Assembly (NCBI RefSeq): GCF_009914755.1
Contig: NC_060937.1
Source of the DNA: the human T2T-CHM13v2.0 reference genome, Homo sapiens
Direction: 5' to 3' (one strand)
Length of the DNA stretch: 64,000 nt
Position numbers and translations under genes: made by a program. Under the pieces are notes generated by a model. It saw only the letters and a program-made list of their open reading frames with translations, searched no databases and was not told the origin of the DNA. Numbering within the stretch: the first letter of the stretch is position 1; every line of letters begins with the position of its first letter. Of this stretch, positions 1-15,104 are shown in pieces.

Positions 1-339
1 AAAAGTAATAGATTTACTAAGAATCTAAAATTTGCTGGTGCTGTTACTATGACAATGACCACAGCAGTTTCTCCTCCTCCTCTTACTGAAGTTATAAAAT
101 CATTGCAGGCTCTACAAACAAAAGAGGCTATAGTTGTATGAAAGAACACATCTGTAGCACAGCACTTTATTCACTTCAATACTGTAATCATCAAATCCGA
201 GTACAAAACACATTTATACATTTTTTGATGAAAAATTTGCTTAGAAAAAAGCTAATATGTAATAAGTGGGCAAATGTGACCTTGAGAAAGCAAATAATGA
301 ACTCATATCAATCTAATCATATTTAAGAGGAGCAAATGG

Positions 340-507
340 AAAATCTTACTTTTACAAAATAATGTACAATTTTGGAGGAATTACAATACTTGATTTATGA
401 GGCCTATTAGACACTATACAAATGAAGACAATAAAGAAGAGACTGGCCTAAAAATTGACAAATAGATCAAACAAAGTAAATATACAGCTCAGAAATTGAC
501 CCACCTG
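340..507 (+). mobile_element. Old L1M ORF2 fragment, 5' piece interrupted by an LTR
   Basis: 'agaaattgacccac' joins across the LTR to 'tatatatgca...aaagtaatccaatggggataggatgctttttcaac' at 1805, matching contiguous L1 ORF2-end sequence. Confidence 0.7.
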
Positions 508-1804
508 TGTAACATAAAAATAAAATTCTAACCGATCACCCAAACTGACTAAATGGACCCCTTCTTGGCCAAGGAGATTGCAAAACAACTTGTAAACCAA
601 AATTAAAATTCTAAGCTCCCCCAACCATCTGAATGGATGCCTCTCAGGCAAGAGCATTCCAAAGTTAACCTGAAAATCTAGTTCAGGCCATGATGGGAAG
701 TTGGGGATGGACATGCCTCATTACCGTTAACATCAACACAGACCTTGATAAGACTGATAGAACAGCCTCTTTAAGTCTGATAAGAAACGTTTACAATCTA
801 TTCTCTCTGAAGCCTGCTACCTGGAGGCTTCATCTGCATGATGAAACATTGGTCTCCACAACCTCTTATCATAACCCAGGCATTCCTTTCTATTGATTCC
901 AGGCCTTTAGATAATAACTCAACCAATTGCCAATCAGAAAATCTTTGAATCTGACTATGACCTGGAAACCTCCCACCCCACCCATCAGTTCCTGTTGTCT
1001 TGCTCTTCTGGACAAATTCAATGTACATCTTACATGTATTCATTGATGTCTTATATTTCCCTAAAACAAATAAAACCAAACTGCAGCCTGACCACATTGG
1101 GCACAAGTCCCATGTCATCAGGATGAGGCTGTGTCACAGGCATGTTCTTAACCTTGGCAAAATAAACTTCTAGATTGATTCAGTCTTACCTCATATCCCT
1201 TTGGTTTACAAAGCTTAAAAACAGAATTCTCAGTCATGATGGGAAGGGAAGTTGGACACGCCTAATTATACCACTCCCTTTTGAAGTTTAAGCACAACAG
1301 CTGACCAGCAATAATGTTAAACTAGAGATTATAATACTGACAAAATAGACTCTTTGGGGCGATAAGATACCAAATTATAAAGAAGACCTAAGGTCATGCC
1401 AGGCAAAAGTTAAGTCTCACCTGCAGGCCATCTATCTTGCTAAATAGCATCTTCATCTTAACTAAACCATTCGTTTCTGTTGATTCCAAGTTTCAGGCAC
1501 AGCTTTATTCCTTTAACCAATTGCAATAAACGAATCTCTGAATCCACCTGTAGCCTATAAGCCCTCATTTCGAGGTATTCTTCCTTTTGGGGCCAAACTA
1601 GTTACACCTTCCATGAGTTGATTTTTGTCTTTGTCCGTAACTCCTGCCTGCCGAAAAGATGTTAAACCAAACCATGATCTGACCACTTCAGGGCCACTTA
1701 CTCAAAGCTTCTTGAGTTTGTGTTCTCTCTAGGTCCTGGTCATGCATATTGACTCAGAATAAAGCTCTTTAAAAATTTTACAGAGTTTGGTTTTTCTGCT
1801 AACA
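508..1804 (+). mobile_element. ERV1 (MER4-group, MER34/MER39-like) solo LTR, split by a nested LTR (pieces 508-590 and 1211-1804)
   Basis: Starts TGTAAC and ends CTGCTAACA; AATAAA near 1758; shares 'catgatgggaag...ggac' motifs with the nested copy. Confidence 0.75.
591..1210 (+). mobile_element. MER39-like ERV1 solo LTR nested in a related LTR
   Basis: Begins TGTAAACCAAAA..AAAATTCTAAG and ends TTTGGTTTACA (terminal inverted repeat); AATAAA near 1161. Confidence 0.8.
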
Positions 1805-3217
<1,413 letters not shown>

Positions 3218-3234
3218 TCATTTTTAAATCCTTT

Positions 3235-3537
3235 GTTTATTTATTTATTTATTTATTTTTGAGATGGAGCCTCACTCTGTCACCCAGGCTGGAGTGCAAT
3301 GGCTTGATCTCGGCGCGACCTCCACCTCCCAGGTTCAAGTGATTCTCCTGCCTCAGCCTCCCAAGTAGCTGGGATTACAGGTGCCCACCACCATGCCTGG
3401 CTAATTTTTGCATTTTTAATAGAGATGGGGTTTCACCATGTTGGTCAGGCTGGTCTCGAACTCCTGACCTCAGGTGATCCACCTGCCTTGGCCTCCCAAA
3501 GCACTGGGATTACAGGGGTGAGCCACCGCACCAGGCC
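3235..3537 (-). mobile_element. Alu (AluS-type)
   Basis: Reverse Alu; 17-bp TSD tcatttttaaat(c/t)cttt at 3218-3234 and 3538-3554. Confidence 0.96.
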
Positions 3538-3587
3538 TCATTTTTAAATTCTTTAATCATTGCTGTATAAGTTTTTATTATAAACTA

Positions 3588-4068
<481 letters not shown>

Positions 4069-4444
4069 TTAGTGAAATCATAAAGCAGCTTACAGCGGTG
4101 GGTGGGTGGCATAAATAGAAGAGGTCAATAAAATAGAGCACCTAGGAGTTTAGTGTGCTCATTTGGGGGAAGCAACATATTAAATCATCTTCAGCTGCAG
4201 TGTAGAGGAACAAGAAAGATAGTTAAGTATTAATTTCACAAATACTGGATAAAAGTATTCACATATATAGTGTAGAATATATACGTTGCTCTTTCCTTCA
4301 CTCAGATGTTAAGAAGGTTCTTTGGGTGTCCTGCTTGGCACCTGGGTGTTTGCCTTTCACATTTGTGTGTTGAGTGCCTCTGTGAAATGCAAGAAGTTTA
4401 AAGAGGCTACATTGATTTTCGTTAGTAAGATTCTCTTTTTTTTC

Positions 4445-5030
4445 TCCCCAAATCCACCAATTGCTTCTAATTTCACTTACATAAAGTCTAAAGCCTTAAA
4501 ATACCTAGAAAGATCTGGTCTCTGTGAGTGATCTTGCTCACCTCATGTCTTGCTGCTTTTCTTCTCACCTACTGCATTACAACAAATAGTCTCCTTGCCA
4601 CTCCTGGAGAAATGGAAGGCCTTCTGCTGCCTTGGAAACTTTTCATTTACTGCTGCCTTCACCTGAAATTATTCTCCTCAGATACATCAGTCACTAAATT
4701 GTTTATTTCCTACAGGTCATTAATGTAATACTACCTTATGCGTCAAGCCTTCTCCAGCCACACTATCTAAAAACTGCAATCTTCACTTCTCTGTTACTAC
4801 TCCATTCCCATATTTAATTTTCTAACACCTAGAGCAATATAATTTACTCTATATTTTGCTAACCAAAATTCCTATTTGCCTTTCTCTTGCATTACATTTT
4901 AAACTACATTAGGATATATAATTTTCCTTGTTAGTGTTCACTGGTAATCTTGAGCACTGAGCAAAGTGCAGTTCATATAACTGATGCTTGATAAACAATT
5001 ATTTTTTGAAATAGTGATACATGAGTGGAA
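4445..5030 (+). mobile_element. L2 LINE 3' end
   Basis: Degenerate L2 3' motifs ending 'tgttcactgg...gcactgagcaaagtgc...gcttgataaacaattattttttgaa'. Confidence 0.6.
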
Positions 5031-5039
5031 TGTTTATAA

Positions 5040-5225
5040 TTACTAATATTTTAGCACATATTATATACGACTTTTTTATTCTAAGTGTATTGCAAGGTAA
5101 CTCATGGAATTCTCACAACGACTCTATAAGGTAGATATTATCGTCCCTATTTTATAAATAAGGAAACTTACATAGTAATAATTTCAATAACTTTCTCAGG
5201 GTTAAAATAGCTAGTATGTAATGAA
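5040..5225 (-). mobile_element. MIR SINE
   Basis: MIR core 'aattctcacaacgactctataaggtagatattatcgtccctattttataaataaggaaact'. Confidence 0.7.
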
Positions 5226-8209
5226 AGCTAATTTGTAATACAGAGTAGAAATAAAGGGGAGTCATCTTAAGATTGAACTTTTTAGGCATAAGAGAAAAAA
5301 GATAAATTCTAGGGACCCGTGCTGTGATCTGAGAGACTTTGAGAGGTAGGTATAAGATATTGAGATGTTTTTAGGTTTGTTTTCTTTGATATATGATATG
5401 GAAATAATGTTGCTGCCTCTATAAATATTGCAGCAAAATTTACATAAATTTAAAGCTATTTGACTCATATTTATGACTGTTGAAAATAAGATTTAGCTTA
5501 CAATTTATTTGGGTTATATGTAAATATAATCTTTATTAAATGTAAGGGGTCAGGCTGTAGTAGGTGGGCCATTGCTCAAAACATTTCAATAAGGGTGCAG
5601 AGCAGGATGTATAACTTAAGAGCTTCATTAATTCATTTGAAGCTTGGATCTGTAAAATAAAATCTATGGTCAAACTTTATAATTTTATGAAAGAAAGATA
5701 TATATGTCCATATTAGTATATTATAATTTATATTGTAATTTGTATTTTAAAAATTATATTAGGTCTTGTCTCACGTTATTTAACATACTTTATGCATATG
5801 GCATTTTATATTAAGCACAAGTATAAATTTATATTACTTCATAGTGTCACTGTAAAGTTAAAATCCTAGAATTGCCTTTCCAAATCTATTTTGTGCCATG
5901 AAAATACAGAATGAACTATTGACCATTCTTCTGCTGCAGAATATTCAGAAGATTTCATTTTTAATATGAAAAACATATGCATCAGTTGACATTTCTAATT
6001 AATTTTATCTTCAAATGTCAATAAACTAAATTAACAAAGAGTAGTATCATGACAAGTAAAGTCATAATCATTTAGCAATATTTTTAATTCTACATTTAGG
6101 ATGGAAATATTAAAGATTTTTGAACAGATTCTTTTATATTTTCTTGTAATTTCTCTTCCCTTGAACACATCAAGACTAAAGCTTTAAAACTTTCATTTAC
6201 TTTGATTTCTAAGATTCAAACTTCATTTCTACAGAGATAGAAATTGCAAGTTTGGCTGGTAGCTAGTAACCAGGTGTTAGCTATTCACTTTTTTGTTTCT
6301 GCCAAAAAGCTAGAAGCAATAAAATGAAATGTCTGTTTGCAGGGGAGAACTTATAAATTCAATCACAGGGTAACACTATCAAATTGAAAATCTATTTTTA
6401 AAAACTCAAATATCTATGGTAATATTTTGGTAATGTAACTTCCTGTTGTACACACATCAGAAATTTTCAGACTTCCTATTCTGTGTTTGATGTTACATTA
6501 AAAGACATGGCTCAAATAAGGATATTTTTTAAAATTAAATATAAAAACTCAATTTAAAAAATTGGTTTATTTGGAAGAAATTTGTGTAGTATATGAAAAG
6601 GTAATTGTTCTGTTAAACACTTAAAACATTTTGTGTTTAATATTTCAAATAGTCTTGTTTCATAATTCTCAAATATCAGTTACTCTTAGGGTATCACTAT
6701 CAGAGGTCACAAGATGATCTGTAGACACAGTGGGATGTCTTGTAACAAATCAATTGCTAAAAACAGATAATTTAAATCACAGCATGTTGAATTATGATCT
6801 CTGTCCTTACAGGTTTTGAGTTACAAGTGCAAACAACAATTGATATCTTTTAATAACTCTTCATACAATAATGCCCTATTTTTAAATAACTGTACCTATG
6901 TGAGGCTAAATAGCAGGATGAGTTATACATAGTAATTATTTCAATACATATCTCATATTTGAATTTGGCTAATTTTTGGCTAGTTACCCATTGGATATAT
7001 ATGCAACCTAATTTATTGTTATCAATAATTATTCACAATCATTATATCAATTATTAGACAAAAAATTAAGGTACTTTAATTTATAGGACTTGCCATTTGA
7101 ACTCTACTTCCAAGTCATCATCAACTGCCCATGGTACTTGGTAATTAGAATGTAGTTGCTTTCTTTCCCATCAAACCAATCCCATCAAAACTATATCTGA
7201 CTATGTTAAATGGATTTCTTCATGAAGAAATAAAAATCAGAGTGATTTCCCTTTGACTCTATTTTGGGTCTGTTTACAACACCATCAATGATATCAGTCA
7301 ATAAACAATGACTAAATCACAAAAATACCTGTTAAACAACTAAAGACTAAAACCAACTAAGGACTGAAGTAGATTTCCCTATAGTTGAAAATGACAGAAG
7401 CTAAGAAATTGCATAATCTTTCCAGAAAATGAAATACTAGAATGAACTCTAGAGTAAGTGTGAGCCTGGATCCATTATTAATATAGCCATCAAAGGGCTT
7501 CATTGGGCTCTGGTATTTTAGCTATTTCCTTTCTCTAGCTCATATAAATAATATTGTTTTCTTCTGTGGCTTTAGTGAGAACACCAAGGTGTTACAATAG
7601 CATGCATGTGCATCTAGCATTGACTACTTCCTATTCCAGACCTAAATTTGTCACAGCCAGCTGGGCCATTTCATTGAATATCCAAAGGCAATATTGAAAG
7701 TAACATATATAAAACTGCATTAATTAACTATTCTCACAAGTAGTTCTCCTTCTGAGTTATCTTTCCTGCTGTTGCTAATATTTTATTACTGTTGCATAAC
7801 GTGGAAACATCTGAATAATATCTGCCTGTCCTCTCCCAAACTCCTTGTAGACACTTATAGTGACTCCTTATAGTCACAAATCCTATTCATTAGCTCATGC
7901 TTACATCATCTTAATGCAAATGGCAACTTCTTTCAGAAGATATAGAATGCTGGAGAATGTAGCAAACTGAGTCATTAATCCTCAATTGTATCTGGAAATA
8001 AAATGGTTTTGGAAAACATTAACAGAAGAAAGGTAGCAGTTATTCAGGCAACCTATTTATTCCCCATTTTCATTCCCACCTTCTCCCTCAGCAGAAATAC
8101 ATCTACACACACATCACATGCACATAAACATCTACATACACACACATATCCACCCTCACATATGCACATAAACTCACAATCCAAAAGAGAACTATTCTAG
8201 AGATGTTTT

Positions 8210-8630
8210 ATATTCACAAATTTAACAAATATGAGTATCTCTCTTATGCCAGGCATTGTCCTGACACAAGGAATATGAGCTTTTGATGAAACAGCAGTGA
8301 TTCTACCATCATGAAGCTTATTTCCTTCATGGTCTGCTAGGCAAAACAAACTTTAAAAGGCAAATAGTAAATGATAGTTTTCAAGTTGTAACGTGTTCTT
8401 TGGATAAAGCACACATGGGAAGAGATAGATAATGATATAGAAGGAAGATGGTTTCTTTTACAATTTTTCAGAAGTGACAATTAAGATAAAACTTGAAAGG
8501 TAAAAAGAAATAATAGAAGCAAAGAGTGTGAAAGAAGCATTCCATGCAAAACTGCAAATATGCCCAAAGCTTCTACCATAGGAATGAGCTTGTCATGTTC
8601 ATAAATAAATAAATAAGCTGAAATAAAAGT
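8210..8630 (-). mobile_element. L2 LINE 3' fragment
   Basis: 'ttaacaaatatgagtatctctcttatgccaggcattgtcctg' is the reverse of the L2 3' terminus. Confidence 0.6.
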
Positions 8631-8633
8631 AGG

Positions 8634-9050
8634 TGATATGGTTTGGGTCTCTGTCCCCACCCAAATTTCAAGTTCAATTGCAGTCCCCAGGGTTGGAGGT
8701 AGGGCCTCATGGGAGGTGACTGAATCATGGTGGAGGGTTCTCATGAATGGGTTAACACCATCTCCTTGGTACTGCTCTTGTAACAGTAAGTGAGTTACCA
8801 TAAGCGCTGGTTGTTTAAAAGTGTGTGGCACCTCCCCCCTCTTTATCTCTTCCTCGCACTCTGGCATGTAATATGTACCTGCTTTCCCTTCAACTTCCAT
8901 AATTGTAAGTTTCCAGAGGCTTCCCCACAAGCAGAAGCTACCATGCTTTCTGTACAGTCTGCAAAACCATGAGACAATTAAATCTATTTTCTTTATAAAT
9001 TACCCGGTCTCAGGTATTTCTTTTTAGCAGTGCAAGAATGGACTAATACA
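8634..9050 (+). mobile_element. MSTA-like MaLR LTR
   Basis: TGATATGGTTTGG start and GGACTAATACA end; 'ttctcatgaatgggttaacaccatc' MST motif. Confidence 0.9.
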
Positions 9051-9408
9051 AAATATTGGTACCGAGAAGTGGGGCATTGCTAGAAAGATACCTGAAAATG
9101 AGGAACAGCATTAGAATTGGGTAACTGGCAGAGTGTGGAATGATTTGGAAGGGTCAAAAAAGACAGGAAGATGAGGAAAAGTTTGGAATTTCCTAGAGAC
9201 TTGTTGAATGATTGTGACCAAATTCTGACAGTGATTTGAAAAGTGAAGTCCAGGCTGAGGAATTCTCAGGTGGAGATGAAAAACATACTGGGAACTGGAA
9301 CAAAAGTCACTTCTGTTATGCATTAGTAAAGAGCTTGGTTGGATTGTGGTCCTGCCCTATGGATCTGTGAAACTTTGAACTTGAGAATGATGATTTAGAG
9401 TATCTGGC
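9051..9408 (+). mobile_element. MST internal region, 5' part (truncated)
   Basis: 'aaatattggtaccgagaagtggggcattgct...gatacctgaaaatg' directly follows the LTR. Confidence 0.85.
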
Positions 9409-11734
9409 TGTATTAGCATGTTTTCATGCTGCTAATAAAGACATACTCAAGACTGAGTAATGTATATTATAAAGAAAAGAGTTTAAATTGATTCACAGTT
9501 CCACATGGCTAGGGAGTTCTCACAATCATGGCAGAAAGTGAATGAGAAGCAAAGTCACATCTCACATGGTGGCAGGTAAGAGAGCGTATGGTGGGGAACT
9601 CCATTTATAAAACCATAAGATTTCATGAGACTTATTCACTACCATGAGAACAGTATGGGGGAAACTGCCCCATTATTCAACTGTCTCCACCTGGCCCCAC
9701 CCTTGACACATGGAGATTATTACAATTCAAGGTGAGATTTGGGTGGGGACACAGAGCCAAACCATATCATTCCACTCCTGGCCCCTCTCAAATCTCATGT
9801 CCTCACATTTCAAAATCAATCATGTCCTTCCAATCGTCCCCCAAAGTCTTAACTCATTCCAGCATTACATCAAAAGTCCAAGTCCAAAGTCTCATCTGAG
9901 ACAAGGCAAGTCCCTTCCACCTATGAGTCTGTAAATGCAAAGGCAAGTTAGTTATTTCCTAGATACAGTGGGACTACAGGCATTGGGGAAATACATCCAT
10001 TCCAAATGGGAGAAATTGGTCAAAATGAAGGGGCTGCAGGTCCCATGTGAGACTGAAATCCAGTGGGACAGCCAAATCTTAATATTCTAAAATGATCTCC
10101 TTTGACTTCATGTCTGACATCCAGGTTATGCCGATGCAAGAGGTGGACTCTCATGGCCTTGGGAAGCTCCACCCCTGTGGTTTTGTAGGGTATAGCCCCC
10201 CTCCCAGCTGCTTTCACTGGCTGGTATTGAGTGGCTGTAGCTTTTCCAGGTGCACAGTACAAGCTGTCAGTGGATCTACCATTTTGGTGTCTGGAGGATG
10301 GTAGCCCCCTTCTCACAGCTCCACTAGGCAGTGCCCCAGTAGGGATATTTTGTGGGGGCTCCAACCCCATATTTCCCTTCTGCATTGCCCTAGAAGAGGT
10401 TCTACTTGCGGGTTCCCCCCCTGAAGCAAACTTCTGCCTGGACATCCAGGCATTTCCATACATCTTCTGACATCCCAAACCTCAGTACTTGACTTCTGTG
10501 CATTTGCAGACTCAACACCATGTGTAAGCCTCCAAGGCTTTGGGCTTGCACCCTCTGAAGCCATGGCCTGAGCTACACATTATCCCCTTTTGGCCATGGT
10601 TGGGATGCAGAGCACCAAATCCTGAGATTGCACACAGCAGGGTGGGCCTGGACCTGGCCCAGGAAACATTTTTTCCTACTAGGCCTCTAAGCCTGTGATA
10701 GGGAGCCTACCATGAAGACTTCTGACATGCCCTGGAGACATTTTCCCCATTGTCTAGGTGATTAACATTTGGCTCCTCATTGCTTATGCAAATTTCAGCC
10801 TGTTTGAATTTCTCCTCAGAAAATGGGTTTTTCTTTTCTATTGCATTGTCAGGCTGCAAATTTTCCAAAGTTTTATGCTCTGCTTCCCTTTTAAACATAA
10901 GTTCCAATTACAAACAATATCTTTGCGAATACATAAAACTGAATGTTTTTAAGAGCACTCAAGTCACCTCTTGAATGCTTCTATACTTAGAAATTTCTTC
11001 TGCCAGATGCCCTAAATCATCTCCCTCAAGTTCCAAGTTCCACAGACATCTAGTGCAGGGGTAAAATGCTGCCAGTCTCTTTGCTAAAGCATAGCAAGAG
11101 TTACCTTTATTCCAGTTCCTAACAAGTTCCTCATCTCCATCTGAGGCCATCTCAGGCTGGATTTCATTGTCTATATCACTCTCAGCATTTTGGTCAAAGC
11201 CATTCAACAAGTGTCTAGGAAGTTCCAAACTTTCCCACATTTTCCTGTCTTCTTCTGAGCCTTTCAAACTGTTCCAGCCTCTGCCTGTTACCCAGTTCCA
11301 AAGTCACTTGCACATTTTCAGGTATCTTTACAGCAGCGCCCCACGACCTGGTACCAATTTACTGTATTGGTCCATTCTCATGCTGCCAATAAAGATATCC
11401 AAAACTGGGTAATTTATAAAGAAAAGAAGTTTAATTGACTCACAGTTCTGCAGAGCTGGAGAGTCCTCAGGAAACTTACAATTATGGTGGAAGGGCAAAC
11501 AAACACATTCTTCTTCTCATGGTGGCAGGAAGGGGAAGTGCCGAGCAGAGAGAAAAGCCCCTTCTAAAACCATCAGATCTCATAGGAACTCACTCACTAT
11601 CACAAAAATAGCAGGAGGGTAACTGTCCCCATGATTCAATTACCTCTTACTGGGTCGCTCCACGACACATGGGGATTATGGGAACTGCAATTCAAGATGA
11701 GATTTGGATAGGGAGACACAGCCAAACCATATCA
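9409..11734 (-). mobile_element. THE1 MaLR element: LTR 9409-9769, ~1.6-kb internal 9770-11362, LTR 11363-11734
   Basis: Both LTRs read tgtatt(a/g)g...ccaaaccatatca on +; the internal region has the typical THE1-int ends 'gcccctctcaaatctcatgtcc' and 'ggtaccaatttac'. Confidence 0.92.
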
Positions 11735-12243
11735 AAGTCTCTAGTAAGTTCCAAACTTTCTCACATTTTATGTCTTCTTCTGAGCTCTCCAAACTGTTCC
11801 AACCTCTGCCTGTTAGCCAGTTCCAAAGTCACTTCCACATTTTCAGGATCTTTACAGCAGTGTCCCACTAGCTGGTACCTATTTACTGTATTAGTCTGTT
11901 CTCATTCTGCTATGAAGAAATAGCCAAGACTGAGTAATTTATAAAGGAAAGATATTTAATTGATTCACAGTTCAGCATGGCTGTGGAGGCCTCAGGAAAC
12001 TTACAATCCTGGCTAAAGGCACCTCTTCACAGGGTGACAGGAGAGAGAATGAGTGTCAAGTGAAGGGAGAAGCCCCTTATAAAACCATCAGATCTTGTGA
12101 GAACTCACTCACTATAATGAGAACATCATGGGGGGAACCACTACCACCATTCAATTATCTCCACTAGGTCCCACCCCTGACTTGTGGGGATTATTACAAT
12201 TCGACGTGAGATTTGGGTGTGGACACAGATACAAACGGTATCA
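11735..12243 (-). mobile_element. Second THE1 5' end: internal fragment 11735-11886 plus LTR 11887-12243 (THE1D-like)
   Basis: The internal piece repeats 11211-11362; the LTR has 'tgtattagtctgttctcattctgctatgaagaaata' and 'ggcacctcttcacaggg'. Confidence 0.88.
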
Positions 12244-12320
12244 CTGGGGATTGTTTATAGGGGTGTATGTGTGTTTGTGTGTGTGTGTGAATGCCTAGGG
12301 GAAGACAGTTGGTGTATGTA

Positions 12321-12720
12321 TGCACGTTAGTTTGCTAGGGTTGCAATAACAAATACCAGGAACTGTGTCTGAACAAATATTTATTTTCTCAGAGTTCTGG
12401 AGGATAGATGTCTAAGTCAAAGTGCTATCAGGGTTGATTTTAATTCTAAGGACATCTTCCTTGGCTTGTAGATGGCTGTTTTCTTCCTATGTTTTCACAT
12501 GGTCTTCCTTGTGTGTGTGTCTGTATCCAAATCTCCTCTTATAATAACACCAACCATATCACATTAGGGCCTACCTATATGGCCCCACTTTACATTAGTT
12601 AACTTTTTAAGGTAATATACCTTTAATATACCTCATATATTCAAATATAGTCAAATTCTGAGGTGTTAGAGGTTGGGACATCAATGTATCAATTTTAGGG
12701 GACAAAATTTAGCCTAAACA
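12321..12720 (-). mobile_element. MLT1 (MLT1B-like) solo LTR
   Basis: 'ttagtttgctagggttgcaataacaaatacca...gttctggagg...ttctgaggtgttagaggttggg...aatttagcctaaaca'. Confidence 0.8.
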
Positions 12721-13801
12721 GTATGTACTGGATATGTACACGTTATGTAGATAAGTATAAGTGTTTATGTGTGTGTGCTGTTTGTATGCGGAAGGAAATA
12801 GGTATATTTGTGTATGTATGTATGATTAGGTACGTGCATGTGTATGCTTGGGTGTGATTTGTACATGTATGCACATACGGCAACTTGGAATGGCAAAAGT
12901 TGAGACTGGAGGGACATGTAGAATTTCTGTGATATAACCCAGGAACATATAGTTTTAAAGAGTTCTCAAATTGATTCTTATACACAATGGTTTGGGGCAC
13001 ACTAAGATTTAGAGAACAAGTAGAGGACTAAACCTTTGATATAAGATAGGAGTTGTGGAACCTTGTCCATTACAAGGGAGAGTAGGGGAAAATGCATAAA
13101 GGATGCATAGGCTTTTGTATTTGGCGGTAGTAAGAAGGTGCCTCATCTGCTGGCTTCCCTTTTTAAAGTGAATTAGGCAATGATGTTATCAGACATGAGT
13201 GAAAAAAGAGGAGGAATATAGGTAGAAAAATTTTTAGAATGGTAGAATGGAGGATAAAATAGTAAGCAGATAGTATTTGAGGGAGTATGAAAGCAAATAT
13301 AACTGAAAAATATATGAGAGTTGCTGTGAAATAACTGATGTCAATTTATATCATAAATTTATAAATGAAACCAATAGACATTTATGTTTTTTCTCCAGCA
13401 AATTTCAGAAGAAGAGGCTATGAGTGTTAGAATTCAAAAAGCTTGGGGTCTTGTAGGGTGAATAAAAAGAAAGGAAAGATAAAGATGGTGGGGAGGATAT
13501 TTACAAAAAAAGTAATAATAATAATGGGCTGGGGAATTTCTACCAGAAAAGATGACATTGAAGCCAAGCTGATTTGGGGATTAATTTTGCAGTCTCTCTC
13601 TTCACAGCTGTGGTACCTTGCTGCCACGATTTTCAGAAATGGTGTTAGCTGACATGATTATCTGGTCATGTGTCTCCAGGTTTTTCCCAGACTTCCAAAG
13701 AATCATTGGTCTTTGTAGCACTATAAACTACTCCCAGACTTCACAGTGTTTCCTTTTGGAATATGTTATGTACTGTTTGGCACTGCATTTTTTTTCAATG
13801 T

Positions 13802-13804
<3 letters not shown>

Positions 13805-13841
<37 letters not shown>
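13805..13841. repeat. (CA)n microsatellite, ~18 units
   Basis: Pure AC run. Confidence 0.97.
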
Positions 13842-13842
<1 letters not shown>

Positions 13843-13949
13843 TAAGCTAATATTCATAACTGTAGATGGCAATGTGACTAAAAGAAAATGCATACATATA
13901 AAGGGAAGTTGAATATAAGCTAGCAAAAAAAAAATAATCACATGGACTT

Positions 13950-14140
13950 AACATTAGGTTTATTACTATGATCTTGGCACTGTAAAAAAGCCCTATAAAT
14001 TTTGAAGTAATATTTTTATCCTTATGTTTTTCAGATAAGGCCATGAATAATTAGAGTTGAATCAATTTGTCCAAGATTACATCCGTAGCAAATGGTAGCT
14101 GAAATTTAGATCTTATCTATCTACTTTAAAAATCTAGATT
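13950..14140 (-). mobile_element. MIR SINE fragment
   Basis: 'tttttcagataaggcc...agagttgaatcaatttgtccaagattacatccgtagcaaatggtag'. Confidence 0.55.
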
Positions 14141-15104
14141 TTAAAAAATAATTATTCTACTATTTCCTGGTACCATTCACACATACCCTAAAACAATATA
14201 AATATAACTTCCATATTTATATAGTGCTGCTTCACAATTTCTCATATTATGCTCTGTACACATAAATTTAACGTGTTTCACTCCCAGAAGTAAATCATTC
14301 CTTTAAGAAATGTTCATAAAAAGTTAATATTTTCCTAGCTTGCTTCCTCCGAGTACAAGAATCAGATAAACTTTTCCTTGTTCATATATTGGCTTAGAAT
14401 AATTTGTTTTGGGGGATTTTGATTGAGAAATTTATTATTAAAAAGGAGATTACTCCACCATGACTGATAATATCCTATGGAATGGAAATTACATATAATT
14501 TATGATATAGGTAATTATTTTATTGTTTGCATACGATACTCACTAGGAGTCGTGAATAATGTTTTAATTCTTTCTATGCAAACAACTTGTTGAGGATCCT
14601 CATCTTGATCTGTGTACTTATCCAATCTAGAATTCTCCAATTTCTTATTTTCTATGTGTCCTATACTTAATTTTCTTTGTAGTCATTTTATTATATTATA
14701 ATTCACAGTACATTCTCAGAAAAAATTCTGCTTACTTTTCCTTAGGGAAAGCAAATCCAAGACACTTTCTGTTTATAATGTACACAAATCCAGTCTTAAA
14801 TAATGATATTTGAAGATTTGGCAGTTTGCTTCCTTTTTATACAGCAATCAAATTACTGACCTTTTGCCAGTAATTTGTTAGCTACAGAATTATTTTCTCC
14901 TACTTATTTTTAAAAGTTGGCTCTATGTTTGTTATTTTGAAAAAATAAAAATAATTGCCGCTCTGGCTGAATAAAAATAATAAAAATGGCACAGTGCTCT
15001 ACCTTTCATTCTCCTCTTCCTCACCCCACTTTCCCCTGCTCCTCCTTCACCTCTTTCTTCTTTACCATGTTATATGCACTCTCTGATGGCTTAAAAATTA
15101 TCTG

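Noticed and set aside
6800-6906. Possible exon (tccttacag|GTTTTG...CTAT|gtgagg)
   Set aside because: Splice-like signals alone are common by chance; no recognisable protein and no partner exons.
8481-11923. Cluster of the longest ORFs (up to 152 aa)
   Set aside because: They lie almost entirely in MSTA/THE1 LTR and internal sequence; fragmented MaLR relics with no intact gene.
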